Positions 14,097 through 28,370 are shown, counted from the stretch's first letter. The stretch is DNA of 64,000 nucleotides from the human T2T-CHM13v2.0 reference genome, Homo sapiens (GCF_009914755.1 NC_060928.1), one strand, 5' to 3'. A program made the numbers and translations. The notes: a model not told the origin generated them from the letters alone.

Positions 14097-15076
14097 TCAC
14101 AAATATATTTTAATTTATTAATTAACATGACATATGACACATTATTTCTTAAAAATTTACAGCTATCAAAGTAATCTTAGGGGTCATCTAGTCTAATTTT
14201 CACTCCAAATTATAATCCCTATATACATTTTTCCCACTAGTTCTCACTGATGTTACTTAAAAGAAAAAAATCTGTCCCATTGTATTAAAATGAGTCTATT
14301 TAAATCCAGAGAATTTCAGCTCCCTGAAACTTCTGACTTTTAATAATATAAAATCTGCCTTTTAACTTTTACTTCAAATTACTTAATTAATAAACTGCCA
14401 GTGACTTATTCTTGCTTCACATTCATGAAACATCTAAAATCCTAAATTATTACTATATGTTTAAACAAGGTTTAGTATTCTCCCAATGTTTTTGTATTCT
14501 GTTAACACGGCAACCTAGTATGGTATTCTACATTTCTAAGCATTCTGTCACTTCTCCTTTCGCTTTGATCCTTCTTTTGATAACTTCATACAAAGTAATA
14601 TCCACTTGGCTCATCGCTTCTTAGATAATTTAAGACTCTATCTAGATATTATCACTTTAGTAACATTATTAGATGACTTTGCATTTCTTGTTAGTATGTG
14701 TTGTATTTAAACAGCAACATCTTTTTGTTTGTGGTTTCTGTCAAGTTCTTTTTTTATTTCAATCTGAACCCAAGTGATTTTTCACTTAAATTCTTCCTTA
14801 AAATTATCTATTTCTATATATGAATATATTCCCAAGAAATATTGTATTATGCCAATACCTAGTTTATTATATATGTTGATTTTGCACAGCCCTATCAATG
14901 TTAATTACAGTGTGTTCTTCAGCACTATATTCAATGATTTAGCCATGCTTGTCAGCATTTTTTCCTTAGAATATACTTGACTCTCTATTGTTGCATGTTA
15001 AAGCCATTTCACTTTTGCATTCTTAAATATAAATGAAGGAAAACTAGTTCCTTTAAACTTTAAGATTATAATTTGT

Positions 15077-15378
<302 letters not shown>

Positions 15379-15559
15379 TAAGATTATGATTTGTGCTATT
15401 AATTTATTGAAAATAATTTTCTTTTTCAAAGTAGTTATATCACTTTCTAAATTGTTCAAATGTTTCCTCATTAGCCCTACTTTCTTTACAAACATGTATA
15501 TGTATGTTCATGTAATATGTATGTATATGTAATATGTGGCATTTAAAAAGCAGGCACAT

Positions 15560-15770
15560 AGCTTAGTTATTATGGTGGTTCCATATCTATTTTTGTGTCA
15601 TCTTTGATGTTTAGAGTGACTATATGACCTGATTTGGACGATGAAATGTGTGGAGTAATGAAGTGCATCGTTTCTGGGTGAATGATTTAATAGCCAGTGT
15701 ATTAGTCAATGTGTTGTCATACACCACCTACAGCTAATATGGAAACTTGTACTGACATGGAGCCCTTAAT
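15560..15770 (+). mobile_element. MLT1-type MaLR LTR fragment
   Basis: gactatatgacctgatttggacgatgaaatgtgtggag..tttctggg resembles the MLT1I/J core. Confidence 0.4.
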
Positions 15771-16039
15771 GCTTAACTGTTTTTCACTGAACAAAAAATT
15801 ATTTCCTTTATATTAAAGAAATTATTTACGTAATTTAAAAATAAGTATGAATCAAATTTATATGACAGAATATGGACTATTAGCACTTTTTAAAACACAA
15901 TTATCAGAACGGGGGCTTGGATATGGCATTTTATGGTGTTTGATAGTGTTTTTTTGGCTCTAATTGGAGTATTAAGTACTAATACTGTATTAATAATTGC
16001 ACTTTGGGGTCATCACGATACTACAAGAGTTTTATAGAT

Positions 16040-17870
16040 ATTGCTACTAGCCTTACTGAAATCCATTTTCTCTTTTGCCTTATTATAAAAATCTTCATAT
16101 TTATAGAGTAGAAACATAGCCAATTAAAGTATTCAGGTAACCAAGGTCCTAGAAAGCTGGCTACTTAACATTTTAGGATAATCATTTTTGTTATAATTTA
16201 GTAAATAATATTCATTTTACACTGAATAACACTCATTTATGAAAGTTTCTCAGGTGTTTCCTCACTGTATTTTCTCACATGTAATATGAAGCCATGATAT
16301 GCCATCCTGGAGAACAAAACACGGTCATGCTTAACAGCAGGAAGACATTCTGAGAATCGTGTCAGCTAATTTTGTCTTTGTGTGAACATTATAGAGTATA
16401 CTTACACACACCTAAATGGTACAATCTGCTACATACCTAGGCTACAAGGTACAGCCTATTGATCCCAGGCTGCAATCCTGGACAGCATGTTACTTTACTG
16501 AATACTGTAGGCAATTGGAACACAATGGGAAGTACTTGTGTATTTAAACATAGAAAAGACACAGTAAAAATACAGTATAAAACAAAACACGGTACACCTT
16601 TTTTTATGGTATGGGACACTTACCATGAATGGAGCTTGCAGGATAGAACTTGCTCTGGGTGAGTCAGTGAGTGAGTGGTGAGTGAATGGGAGTCCTAGGA
16701 CGAGACTGTACACTCACTATAGACTTTATCAGCACTGTACACTTAGGCTACACTAAATTTCTTTAAAAAGTTTCTTTTTTCAATAATAAATTAACCTTTG
16801 CTACTATAATATTTTTACTTTATAAGCATTTTAATTTTTAACGTTTTTTGCTCCTTTGTACTAACACTTAGCTTAAAAGACAAACACATTGTTCAGCTGT
16901 GCAAAAATGTTTTATTTCTTTATATCTTCAGTCTATAAGCTTTCTTCTATTTTAAATTTTTTTAACTTTTCTGTTAAGAAGTAAAATACAAACACACCCA
17001 TTAGCCTAGGCCTGCGCAGGGTCAGGATCCTCAATAGCACTGTCTTCCACTGCCACCTCTTGTCACACTGGAAGGTTCAATTGCCCACTTCAGGGGCAAT
17101 AGCATGTATGGAGCTGTCATCGTCTATGATAACAATATCTTCCTCTGGAACCTCTTGAAGGACTTGCTTGAGGCTGTTCTACAGTTAACTTTCTGAAAAA
17201 CTAAGTACAAGGAGTACACTCAAAAATAATGATAAAACATATGGTAAATACATAAACCGATAACATAATTGTTTATCATCATGATTAAGTATTATGTACT
17301 GTACCTAGTTGTATTTACTCTACTTGTATGTGACTGGCAGCACAGTAGGTTTGTTCACATCAGCTTCATCACAAGCCAGTGAGTAATGTGTCGTGCTATG
17401 ATCTAACAATGGCTACAACATCACAAAGCAATAGGGATTTTTCAGCTCCAATTTAATCTTATGGGACCACCATCGTAAATACAAGAAGTCGGTGATTCAT
17501 GCGTCATCATGCAGCTCACGACTGTGTAAGAAAAGGTTTCTGGGTAGGACTTTTGGACAAGCTATTTAAAAGAGGTCAGGCTCAGCTGCCTTTTCTCCTT
17601 GCCTCCTCCACTTTGCTCTTCATCATTTGGCCTTTTTCTGGCTTCCTGACTGGAGGACAGATGGGATAAGCAGAAGAGGAGCAGCTAGATAACCACTGCG
17701 AGGAAAAAAAAATCATACGCTAAAAATGGCAGAGAAGGATGGAGACACCACCCCTGAATGATTTTCCTTGCAATTATTATTACATGAGAAAAATAATTGC
17801 TTATATAGTTCAATTAACAAAATTGTTGAATATCTGTTACATGAAGCCAAAAGCAATGACTGACTTACTA
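16040..17870 (+). mobile_element. Old MLT1 (J/K-like) LTR split by Tigger3
   Basis: MLT1-like pieces at ~16040-16320 and 17525-17870, ending tctgttacatgaagccaaaagcaa. Confidence 0.5.
16322..17524 (-). mobile_element. Tigger3b/GOLEM (TcMar-Tigger) DNA transposon, ~1.2 kb
   Basis: Degenerate TIRs cggtcatgc / ctcacgactg; aatcttatgggaccacc and gaatactgtaggcaattggaacacaatgg are Tigger3 hallmarks. Confidence 0.85.
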
Positions 17871-18184
17871 TTCTCTGCATAGTTTGGGAGAAAATCAACA
17901 CTTTAAATCTATTAAATACATAATGTATCTTAAAAATAAATTGCTAAAATTAATAAAACCACAACAAACCTGTGCTTTCCACCCCTTCACCTCTCCATTC
18001 CCCTTTTCATTTTTCACCTTTTGCAAACAAAAGTTTAATCACAGGAAGTAGTTCCAGTTTAGAGCAAAGTTCAAGATTCCATAAAAACACAAACAATATT
18101 TTAATACATATTAAATAATTTAAATTTATCAATATGATACGAAGTTTCTAGCTAGAATGCACAGTGATGATAATTATGCTGTTG

Positions 18185-19260
18185 AATGAAAACTGGGTTG
18201 TGATACTGATTCTCAGTTTGATTAAGGCATAATATTAGGCAGTTATTTTATGTCTCTAAACTTCTGTTTCTTCATCTGTCAAATGCTAATACAATATTTA
18301 TTTATTTTAAACTTTTATTTTAAGTTCAGGGGTACACGTTCACGTTTGTTATACAGGTAACTTGTGTTATGGGGGCGATTGTTGTACAGATTAGTTTATC
18401 ACCCATGTATTAAGTGTAGTATTCATTAGTTACTATTTCCTTATCCTCTCGCTTTTTCTACCCTCCACCCTCTGATAGGTGCCAGTGTGTATGTGTGTAT
18501 CTGTATGGTTTCATGTATCTATATGTTCTCATCATTTAGCACCCACTTATAAGTGAGAACACGTAGCATTTGATGTTCTGTCCCTGCATTAGTTTGCTAA
18601 GGATAATGGCTTCCAGCTTCATCCATGTTCCTGCAAAGGACATGATCTCATTCTTGTTTATGGCTGCATAGTATTCCATGGTGTATATGTATGTACCACA
18701 TTTTCTTTATTCTGTCTACAATTATAGGGGCATTTAGGTTGATTCCATGTCTTTGCTATTGTGAATAGTGCTGCAATGAACATTCATGTGCATGTGTCTT
18801 TATGACAGAATGATTTATATTCCTTTGGGTATATACCTAGTAGTAGAATTGCTAGGTCAAATGCTATTTCCGTTTTTAGGTCTTTGAGGAATTGCCACAC
18901 TGTTTTCCACAATGGTTGAACAAGCTTACACTCCTGGCAACAGTGTATAAGCATTCCTTTTACTCCACAACCTCACCAGCATCCGTTATTTTTTGACTTT
19001 TTATTAATAGTCATTCTGACAGGTGTGAAATGGTATCACATTGTGGTTTTGATTTGCATTTCTTTAATGATCAGTGATGTTGAGCTTTTTTTCATGATTG
19101 TTGGCTACATGTATGTCTTCTTTTGAAAAGTGTCTGTTCATGTTCTTTGCCCACTTTTTAATGAGGTTGTTTGCTTTTTTCTTGCTAATACAGTATTTAT
19201 GTCAGAAAGTTATTATAATGATGACCATAATTCCATAATACATGCTCAGTAACTGATGTA
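18185..19260 (+). mobile_element. MIR split by an L1 insertion
   Basis: MIR core ttctgtttcttcatctgtcaaatg before the L1; MIR-like sequence resumes after 19200. Confidence 0.55.
18302..19182 (-). mobile_element. 5'-truncated L1PA13-16-class LINE-1
   Basis: 3' UTR ttttaagttcaggggtacacg..gtacagattagtttatcaccca; 18-bp TSD tgctaatacaatatttat (18284-18301) / tgctaatacagtatttat (19183-19200). Confidence 0.9.
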
Positions 19261-20807
19261 TGTTTAATATTTTTTTCTCATATGTCTTGAGGTATAGGTA
19301 TTGTTAAAGAGAGAATCTTTGCTGTAGAATTGAGCTTCATCCTGGGCATAGAGGATTAATTTGATATTTGTGTAATTTACTCATTTTAGGGAGTTGACTT
19401 AATTCTTCAGAAACAAAGATTATTATTTTCCAGTGGAGGATATTAAAACTTATTTTTATTCTGAGTGTGTTTTATTTGAGTCCAATGCTACAAAAGGGTG
19501 GTACAAAAACATGGAGTATGTTTTCCTTAACTCTGAAGTCTAGAGTAGATATCAACATATGAATTTGGGGGAGGGAAAGACAAACTAAATATTTAGTCTA
19601 TAAAAGTAGGATTCTTTACATGTATTAGGAACTGCTCTCTGTGCACACTGAAATGAGATTTAAAATGTGGAAAGAAAGCAGAAATTGCCTTTATTTTTAG
19701 ATACCTTCTACCTGCAATATTGTCCAGATACAGGGAGTTTCTACCATGTCACTGAAGTGTCCAGTCTCTCGCTTAACAGATGTTTAGAGGCAATTTTATT
19801 GACAGCTGCAATCATTTCATATTGTAGAATCAAAAATTCAGTGGTGAATTTTTAAACTTGGAAAGTCCTGTGGTAGCTTTCTGATACCTTCTTAGTGGTG
19901 CCCCAGGTGTTCCCCTCTCTGCTGGGTCTGTTTTAAAAGATTCCGGGGACCCTTCTGGGGAGACCAAAGAAGACCATACTACAAGAACTCTCTCTCTCTC
20001 TCTGACAAATTACAATGAATTCTTAAACACCAAATTACATGAGTTAATTTTTTTGTGGTTGAAATATGTAGAGTGGTTTGGTTATCGCTACTGAACCCTC
20101 ATGAAGAGTACCTGCAAACCAGAAAGATATTTCAAATTCAATTTATTTATTTATTTTAAATGTTAAGGTCTTTCTTCTTCTCCATTTTCTCTGCCCCTTC
20201 TGTTTCTAATTACTACTCCTTCAACTTCATAGTTCTGCTTTAAAAACATTGTTAAAACTAGTTTTACATTAGTTGACGCTTTAAAAAATTTTGCATCTCT
20301 GTCCCTACACTCCTAATTCTCACATGCTGACTTTACCTGTAGAAATGACTTTATCTCTAACAAAAAAACTTATCCTCACTCTAAAGTGACCCTGTCCGAC
20401 ATGTCCAGACACTTAGGTGAAGATCGTCATGAATCTACTGGAAGTAAATTAGAAATCCAGGAAGACTTTTATGTTAAATATTGTCCTTGGTGATGAGAAA
20501 AGCCCATTTGTATCCATGAATAATAAACAATGTTTCCTCTGACATTCTATTCTCAAAAGTTTTAAAAATGTTCTATTCAAGAAACCAGGATTTTTCTTAC
20601 ATATTTATGCTTATGTGCTCATTTCACTTTTGTTGGACATGGCAAGTGTTGATCAAAAGGAAGAAAGGAAAGAAAGAAAGGAATGATCAATGTAAGAAAA
20701 GAACAGAAAAAAATCTAGTGAGTAGAAAGATGGAAAAGGGTATTTTCAATTACAGAAAGAGAAATATTGAATGCGGTATAAGAATAACAAAACTGAACAT
20801 GAAGAGG

Positions 20808-20857
20808 AGATATAGATAGATATAGATATAGATATAGATATGGATATAGATATCTAT
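20808..20857. repeat. (ATATAG)n simple repeat
   Basis: Tandem gatata units. Confidence 0.9.
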
Positions 20858-20929
20858 TAGCACCCAAGATGCATCTCTCCACTGCCACCTTGTAATTTGT
20901 ACAGTTCCTCTTCCAAATTTTACACCGAG

Positions 20930-21379
20930 TAAGTCTATGCAACCAGTTGATTAAGCAGAAGTTACGCTGTGTAATTTACAGGTTAGGTTATAAACACTGA
21001 GCAGAGATTGTCATTGGGCTCTTGCTTGCTTATGCTGTCATTCTCTTTCTCTTTCTTTCATCCCTCACTCTGGGTGAGGTCAGCATCCGTGTGTTGTGTA
21101 TAGCCTATTAGGAGACCCACCTAGCTGGGAACTGAAGCCTCTTTCTATCAGCCACAGGAATGGGTTTGAAAAGAGATTGCCCAGTGTCTTCAGATGACTG
21201 CAGTCACGACTGACAACTTGGTGCAACTTCATGAGAGATGCTGAGCCACAACCACCCAGCTAAGTCATGTTCACATTCCTAACCCTCAGAAACTGTGTGA
21301 AATAATAAATGTTTAAATGTTTGTTGTAAGTTCTGAAGTTTTGAAGTAATTTGTTACACAGCAATTGAGAGATAATACG
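20930..21379 (+). mobile_element. MLT1F-like MaLR LTR
   Basis: cttcagatgactgcag..aaccacccagctaag..cagaaactgtgtgaaataataaatg..gtaatttgttacacagcaat. Confidence 0.8.
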
Positions 21380-22556
21380 TGAATATATAGATACATTGAT
21401 GTGTATGTATATGTGTGTATATAAATTTACAATTAACTTTGATGAATGTTGCTGACTAAAGTTAAATATAACAATTTAAAGTCAACATTGTTTTCAGTGC
21501 ATTATTGGAATAGCTTGGCAGAGTCCTTAAAGTAACCCAAAATATAAATTCCTTCTGCCATCTATTGGTGACTTGAATAACTTCCCAGATTATTTTGTAG
21601 TTTTATTCTTTTAAGGATGAGCTATATTTGAAATGTACACAGATATATTCTAAGCTCTTGAATATTAGCTGTTTAATATTGACAAAAATTTTTTATCATT
21701 CCTATTATCTCACTAGATAACCACTTATCCTAGAGAAAACATGTTTATTTTAATATAAAAAGTTTTTAAAAATCTTCTTTTTTTGCTACATTATTTCTAA
21801 GCTTAGTGTCCTTTAATAAAATATTTAATATTATGCTTTTCAAATTTTATTTTAAAAAATTTCTAAATTCTTAATAATTTACTTTCAGCAAAACTTACTT
21901 TCAGCATAGTTTTAGTGTAAAGTGCATTGCATTTTTTCACCTCATACGCTCCCCATGATATTCCCTGCTTCAACTGTCTTAACTGAGCAAAAGAAATAGG
22001 AGGCGATTAGCAATGCTCACACAACACTTTATGCAAAATTATTTTCTTTTAGAACAACTAATCTGGTGCCACCTTATAAATGTTTACATTCCACACTTTC
22101 AAATTACTGTAGGTGTTTGTTTTTCCCCATACTTTATCTCCTATATTACTTTTATTCTGTACATTATAACATTCAAAGTAATTTCAGAGTGTTAAATAAT
22201 GATGATAATGAATACCTCAAAAAGAAGAAAGCAAGATATATTAGCGCAATAGAAATATATCAAATAGAAGGATAAACAGATTGATCGATTGATATATAGA
22301 TCTCATTTGCAAAGATTAGAAGAAAAATTCTAAAAGCAGTAGTAAGTCCAATTCAGACAAACCAAATTTATTCTTTTGTTATACTGGTTTCTCCTGACTA
22401 TAAATCGTTCTGTCCCAGTGGGCTAGTCATTATAGAAAATTAGTTAGTGTGTTACTTCCATGCTGAGTAGAATAGTTCTGTTATTAAAGCATTTTTTTCC
22501 GTAGGCAGTATATTGACACTTGCGTAATTTAAGAAAAAAAAATGAATCTCATCAAA

Positions 22557-22614
22557 CACCTGGTATTCATTAGTGCTTTTTATCCACCTGGTATTCATTA
22601 GTACTTTTTATCCA
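22557..22614. repeat. 28-bp tandem duplication
   Basis: cacctggtattcattagt(g/a)ctttttatc x2, one mismatch. Confidence 0.9.
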
Positions 22615-22844
22615 TGTATTCCTGCTCAAAATTTTGATCACTTAGTCCCTTCTGTGTAGATGACACAAACAAAGCTCTCTTAAGTGAGAATTTATTTTCA
22701 TAAGCCAAGCTTACAGCGCAACACAGCACATTTATTTTCCTTTTAATGTTGAAGATGAGATAGAGTTAGTGAGGTATTTACGAAAGAGTTGATTGAAAAG
22801 AAATTTATGAGAACACAACTGACATTTTCTCATTTTTGACTTAC

Positions 22845-22878
22845 CTTTTCTGACATCTTATGGGAACTGTGACTGAAC
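22845..22878 (-). other. Candidate 34-nt exon of an unidentified minus-strand transcript
   Basis: Minus strand reads ttaatttcttcttgacAG|GTTCAGTCACAGTTCCCATAAGATGTCAGAAAAG|GTAAGT; repeat-free surroundings; no transcript evidence available. Confidence 0.45.
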
Positions 22879-23929
22879 CTGTCAAGAAGAAATTAACGAG
22901 GACTCAGGGGATAATTTCTTAATGTACAATTAGTGAGCGGTTTTCTTTTATGGCTCCTTTACAAGTAGGATAATACAGAAAATCATCTACAAAGGAAACT
23001 CTATTCTCCTGTTTATGATTAATTTTGACGTTGTTAGCAAATGTTTTCTTGTGACCATACTGACCTTACAAATTTGTGTATGAAAACCATGAAGAAAATA
23101 TTTTTAAAGGGGTTATTCTAAAGTCATTAGTGGCTGAATGACACAATATTTTATAAAATTTTTCATGTTAAATCGAGATGTAAAGATAAATTACTACAGT
23201 ATATATTTCATTGAAAATTGTATAGAGTAAATTTATATAAACAGAAATTAATAGTTGTTATACCTGTATATTTTGTCATACTCCTTATGTAGTTGTTCAA
23301 ATTTACTACCTTTGTGATGCATATGTGCATTAAATATTTACAAACAATATTTTAGTTTACTGAATTGTTCATTATTATTGTGTTGTACTGACTAATGTAT
23401 ATTTAGAATTTTTTAAAATTATAGGAATTACTGTTGATTGTGGAAGCCACAACTTTATTCTAATCCATGTAAGTGTTTTCAAAGCTAATGCATCATTGTT
23501 TTGAATACATGGCCCAATAATTGCTTAGTACATGATGAGTCTATTGAACTTCGTATATTCTTCCAAAAAATGGAATCTGATGTCCTATAGAAACAGACTC
23601 AGTCAAAATAAGGAGATTGAGAGGGTCTTTGAAGCTGTATTCACACATGAGGGAATGAAATACTGCCTGTGATCTTAAAATGACAGCAAAAAAGAAAAAG
23701 ACATACAAAATGGAAGAAAAAAGAAGACAACTAAAAAACACCCATATTTAGAAAGAGGCAATGAAGAAAAGATATTCCCAAAATATACTGGTATATCCTA
23801 TAGCATTTTGTGAATCCTAGAGGGTAAGGATTTGTTAGGTGAGTAAAAGGACCAAAGAATGTCCTTGGAATCAGCTTAGGAACTCAGTTCTTTGGAAATG
23901 GACTGTTTCTTGGCACCTGCTTGTGCGTT

Positions 23930-24066
23930 CTATTCTTCATTTGTTCATTCAGTAATCAGGTATTTAGCATCTTCTGTATTCTGAAAACTGTTCTAGGCAT
24001 TGAGTATTTTTCAGTGAACAAAATTAGACAAACATCTGCCTTCACTGAGCTTTCAGTTTATCCTGG
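23930..24066 (-). mobile_element. L2 3' end
   Basis: ttcattcagtaatcaggtatttagcatc..ctgttctaggcattgag..ctgccttcactgagcttt. Confidence 0.7.
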
Positions 24067-24807
24067 TGTCTTTGATGCTGCAAGAGTTTTACTTGTCAGG
24101 TATGATTAAATGTTACACTAAGAAAAGTAATGAAGAAGAATTTCCGCAAGGGTGTAAGAGTAGAGACATTATCATCACAACAATCTACTTCTGACTGGTA
24201 CTTGAAGATTCACTTCCAAATTGGTTAGTTACATGAATTGCAATATTTTGTTTTATTATTTTGGAATTTCTGATAACGCAGCTCCTTTGGTAAACTGCTT
24301 ATCGATTCAGTTTGGGGTCTCTCTTGGTGTATGTCATCTTCAATCAGACTGCTTCCCAAATCACCAAATCTGATACATTTTTCTGGGTTTCTGTTGCCCA
24401 TTATTTTTCTCCTGGTAAAAGCATTAATCTCAGCACAGAAGAGTAATGGCTTTCAGTATTGGAGATGTAACTTTCCTTATATAATCTTGAAAAGTTACTT
24501 TGTCCATGGTACATAAGAATTCCAACCTCAAAGTGGAGGAATCTTCACATTGGGGAAATAGAGAGAGATCCATTGCAGACATTTTGAAAAGACCTGGAGG
24601 TATATGTTCCCCTGTTGTCCAAGCCTACTCCTATGTCCCCATTTTCCTTGCCTAAGGACAAGGCCAGAAAGAGGCCAGCAAATTCCCTATTCTTTAATTT
24701 ATAATTTTTTAGTTGAGATTAGAACTGTATCCCCTGAAACTAGACGTATAGGTAAACATCTCTACAGCTAAATGACTGAGACCTCTTATTGCAAAATAAT
24801 ACCAAAT

Positions 24808-25001
24808 GACATGGACTGAATGTTTGTGTCCCTCCAAAATTTATATGTTGAAGCCTAATCCCTAATGCAATGGTGTTTGGAGATGGGAGCTTTGAGAAGT
24901 GATTAGGTCAGGGCCCTAATGAATGGGATTAGTGCCTTTTGAAGAAGAGACACAGAGAGCTTACGTCATCAATGGGATCAGTACATTTAAAAGAAGAGAC
25001 A
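24808..25001 (+). mobile_element. MLT1A-type LTR, 5' part only, with an internal duplicated block
   Basis: atggactgaatgtttgtgtccctccaaaat..atgggattagtgcc..aagaagagacac. Confidence 0.8.
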
Positions 25002-27335
25002 TGTGTCTCTATCTCCTTCAGTTCTGCTCTGATCTTAGTTATTTCTTGCCTTCTGCTAGCTTTTGAATGTGTTTGCTCTTGCTTCTCTAGTTCTTTTAAT
25101 TGTGATGTTAGGGTGTCAATTTTAGATCTTTCCTGCTTTCTCTTGTGGGCATTTAGTGCTATAAATTTCCCTCTACACTCTGCTTTGAATGTGTCCCAGA
25201 GATTCTTGTATGTTGTGTCTTTGCTCTCATTGGTTTCAAAGAACATCTTTATTTCTGCCTTCATTTCCTTATGTACCCAGTAGTCATTCAGGAGCAGGTT
25301 GTTCAGTTTCCATGTAGTTGAGCAGTTTTGAGTGAGTTTCTTAATCCTGAGTTCTAGTTTGATTTCACTGTGGTCTGAGAGACAGTTTGTTATAATTTCT
25401 GTTTTTTACATTTGCTGAGGAGTGCTTTACTTCCAACTATGTGGTCAATTTTGGAATAAGTGTGCTGTGGTGCTGAGAAGAATGTATATTCTGTTGATTT
25501 GGGGTGGAGAGTTCTGTAGATGTCTATTAGGTCTGCTTGGTGCAGAGCTGAGTTCAATTCCTGGATATCCTTGGTAACTTTCTGTCTTGTTGATCTGTCT
25601 AATGTTGACAGTGGGGTGTTAAAGTCTCCCATTATTATTGTGTGAGTGTCTAAGTCTCTTTCTAGGTCTCTAAGGACTTGCTTTATGAATCTGGGTGCTC
25701 CTGTATTGGGTGCATATATATTTAGGATAGTTACCTCTTCTTGTTGAATTGATCCTTTTACCATTACATAATGGCCTTCTTTGTCTCTTTTGATTTTTGT
25801 TGGTTTAAAGTCTGTTTTATCAGAGACTAAGATTGCAACCCCTGCCTTTTTTGTTTTCCATTTACTTGGTAGATCTTCCTCCATCCCTTTATTTATTTAT
25901 TTTTTTTTTTAAATTTTTTTTTTTTTATTATACTCTAAGTTTTAGGGTACATGTGCACATTGTGCAGGTTAGTTACATATGTATACATGTGCCATGCTGG
26001 TGCGCTGCACCCACTAACGTGTCATCTAGCATTAGGTATATCTCCCAATGCTATCCCTCCCCCCTCCCCCGACCCCACCACAGTCCCCAGAGTGTGATAT
26101 TCCCCTTCCTGTGTCCATGTGATCTCATTGTTCAATTCCCACCTATGAGTGAGAATATGCGGTGTTTGGTTTTTTGTTCTTGCGATAGTTTACTGAGAAT
26201 GATGGTTTCCAATTTCATCCATGTCCCTACAAAGGACATGAACTCATCATTTTTTATGGCTGCATAGTATTCCATGGTGTATATGTGCCACATTTGCTTA
26301 ATCCAGTCTATCATTGTTGGACATTTGGGTTGGTTCCAAGTCTTTGCTATTGTGAATAGTGCCGCAATAAACATACGTGTGCATGTGTCTTTATAGCAGC
26401 ATGATTTATAGTCCTTTGGGTATATACCCAGTAATGGGATGGCTGGGTCAAATGGTATTTCTAGTTCTAGATCCCTGAGGAATCGCCACACTGACTTCCA
26501 CAATGGTTGAACTAGTTTACAGTCCCGGGCGAAGGACATGAACAGACACTTCTCAAAAGAAGACATTTATGCAGCCAAAAAACACATGAAGAAATGCTCA
26601 TCATCACTGGCCATCAGAGAAATGCAAATCAAAACCACTATGAGATATCATCTCACACCAGTTAGAATGGCAATCATTAAAAAGTCAGGAAACAACAGGT
26701 GCTGGAGAGGATGTGGAGAAATAGGAACACTTTTACCATCCCTTTATTTTAAGCCTATGTGTGTCTCTGCATGTGAGATGGGTCTCCTGAATACAGCACA
26801 CTGATGGGTCTTGACTCTTTATCCAATTTGCCAGTCTGTGTCTTTTAATTGGAGCATTTAGCCCATTTACATTTAAGGTTAATATTGTTATGTGTGAATT
26901 TGATCCTGTCATTATGATGTTAGCTGGTTACGTTGCTCGTTAGTTGATGCAGTTTCTTCCTAGCCTCAATGGTCTTTACAATTTGGCATGGTTTTGCAGT
27001 GGCTGGTACCGGTTGTTCCTTTCCATGTTTAGTGCTTCCTTCAGGAGCTCTTTTAGGGCAGGCCTGGTGGTGACAAAATCTCTCAGCATTTGCTTGTCTG
27101 TAAAGGATTTTATTTCTCCTTCACTTATGAAGCTTAGTTTGGCTGGATATGAAATTCTGGATAGAAAATTACTTTCTTTAAGAATTTTGAATATTGGCCC
27201 CCACTCTCTTCTGGCTTGTAGATTTTCTGCTGAGAGATCAGCTGTTAGTCTGATGGGCTTCCCTTTGTGGGTAACCCGACCTTTCTCTCTGGCTGTCCTT
27301 AACATTTTTTCCTTCATTTCAACTTTGGTAAATCT

Positions 27336-27337
<2 letters not shown>
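25002..27337 (-). mobile_element. Outer L1PA (about PA3-PA5) inverted segment: ORF1 C-terminal half plus ORF2 endonuclease region, interrupted by L1HS
   Basis: ORFs 26976-27317 (ORF1 KGKPIRLTADLS..LQNHAKL), 25390-25884 (EN: NIYAP, GDFNTPL) and 24929-25264. Confidence 0.95.
25895..26735 (-). mobile_element. L1HS pre-Ta, 5'-truncated with 5' inversion (twin priming)
   Basis: Minus strand reads GATGAC-ACG-TTAG and CTTA-G-AGTATAAT (ACG/G diagnostics); poly(A) tail; inverted part 26527-26735; 14-bp TSD ccatccctttattt at 25881-25894 and 26736-26749. Confidence 0.93.

Positions 27338-28370
<1,033 letters not shown>

Noticed and set aside
19860-20105. Possible LTR16-like fragment (similar weak candidates at 47790-47930 and 57650-57950)
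   Set aside because: Too decayed to assign without a profile search
26132-26566. 144-aa ORF with a novel N-terminus
   Set aside because: Chimera reading across the L1HS inversion junction: antisense L1 fused to the ORF2 C-terminus, with no promoter evidence
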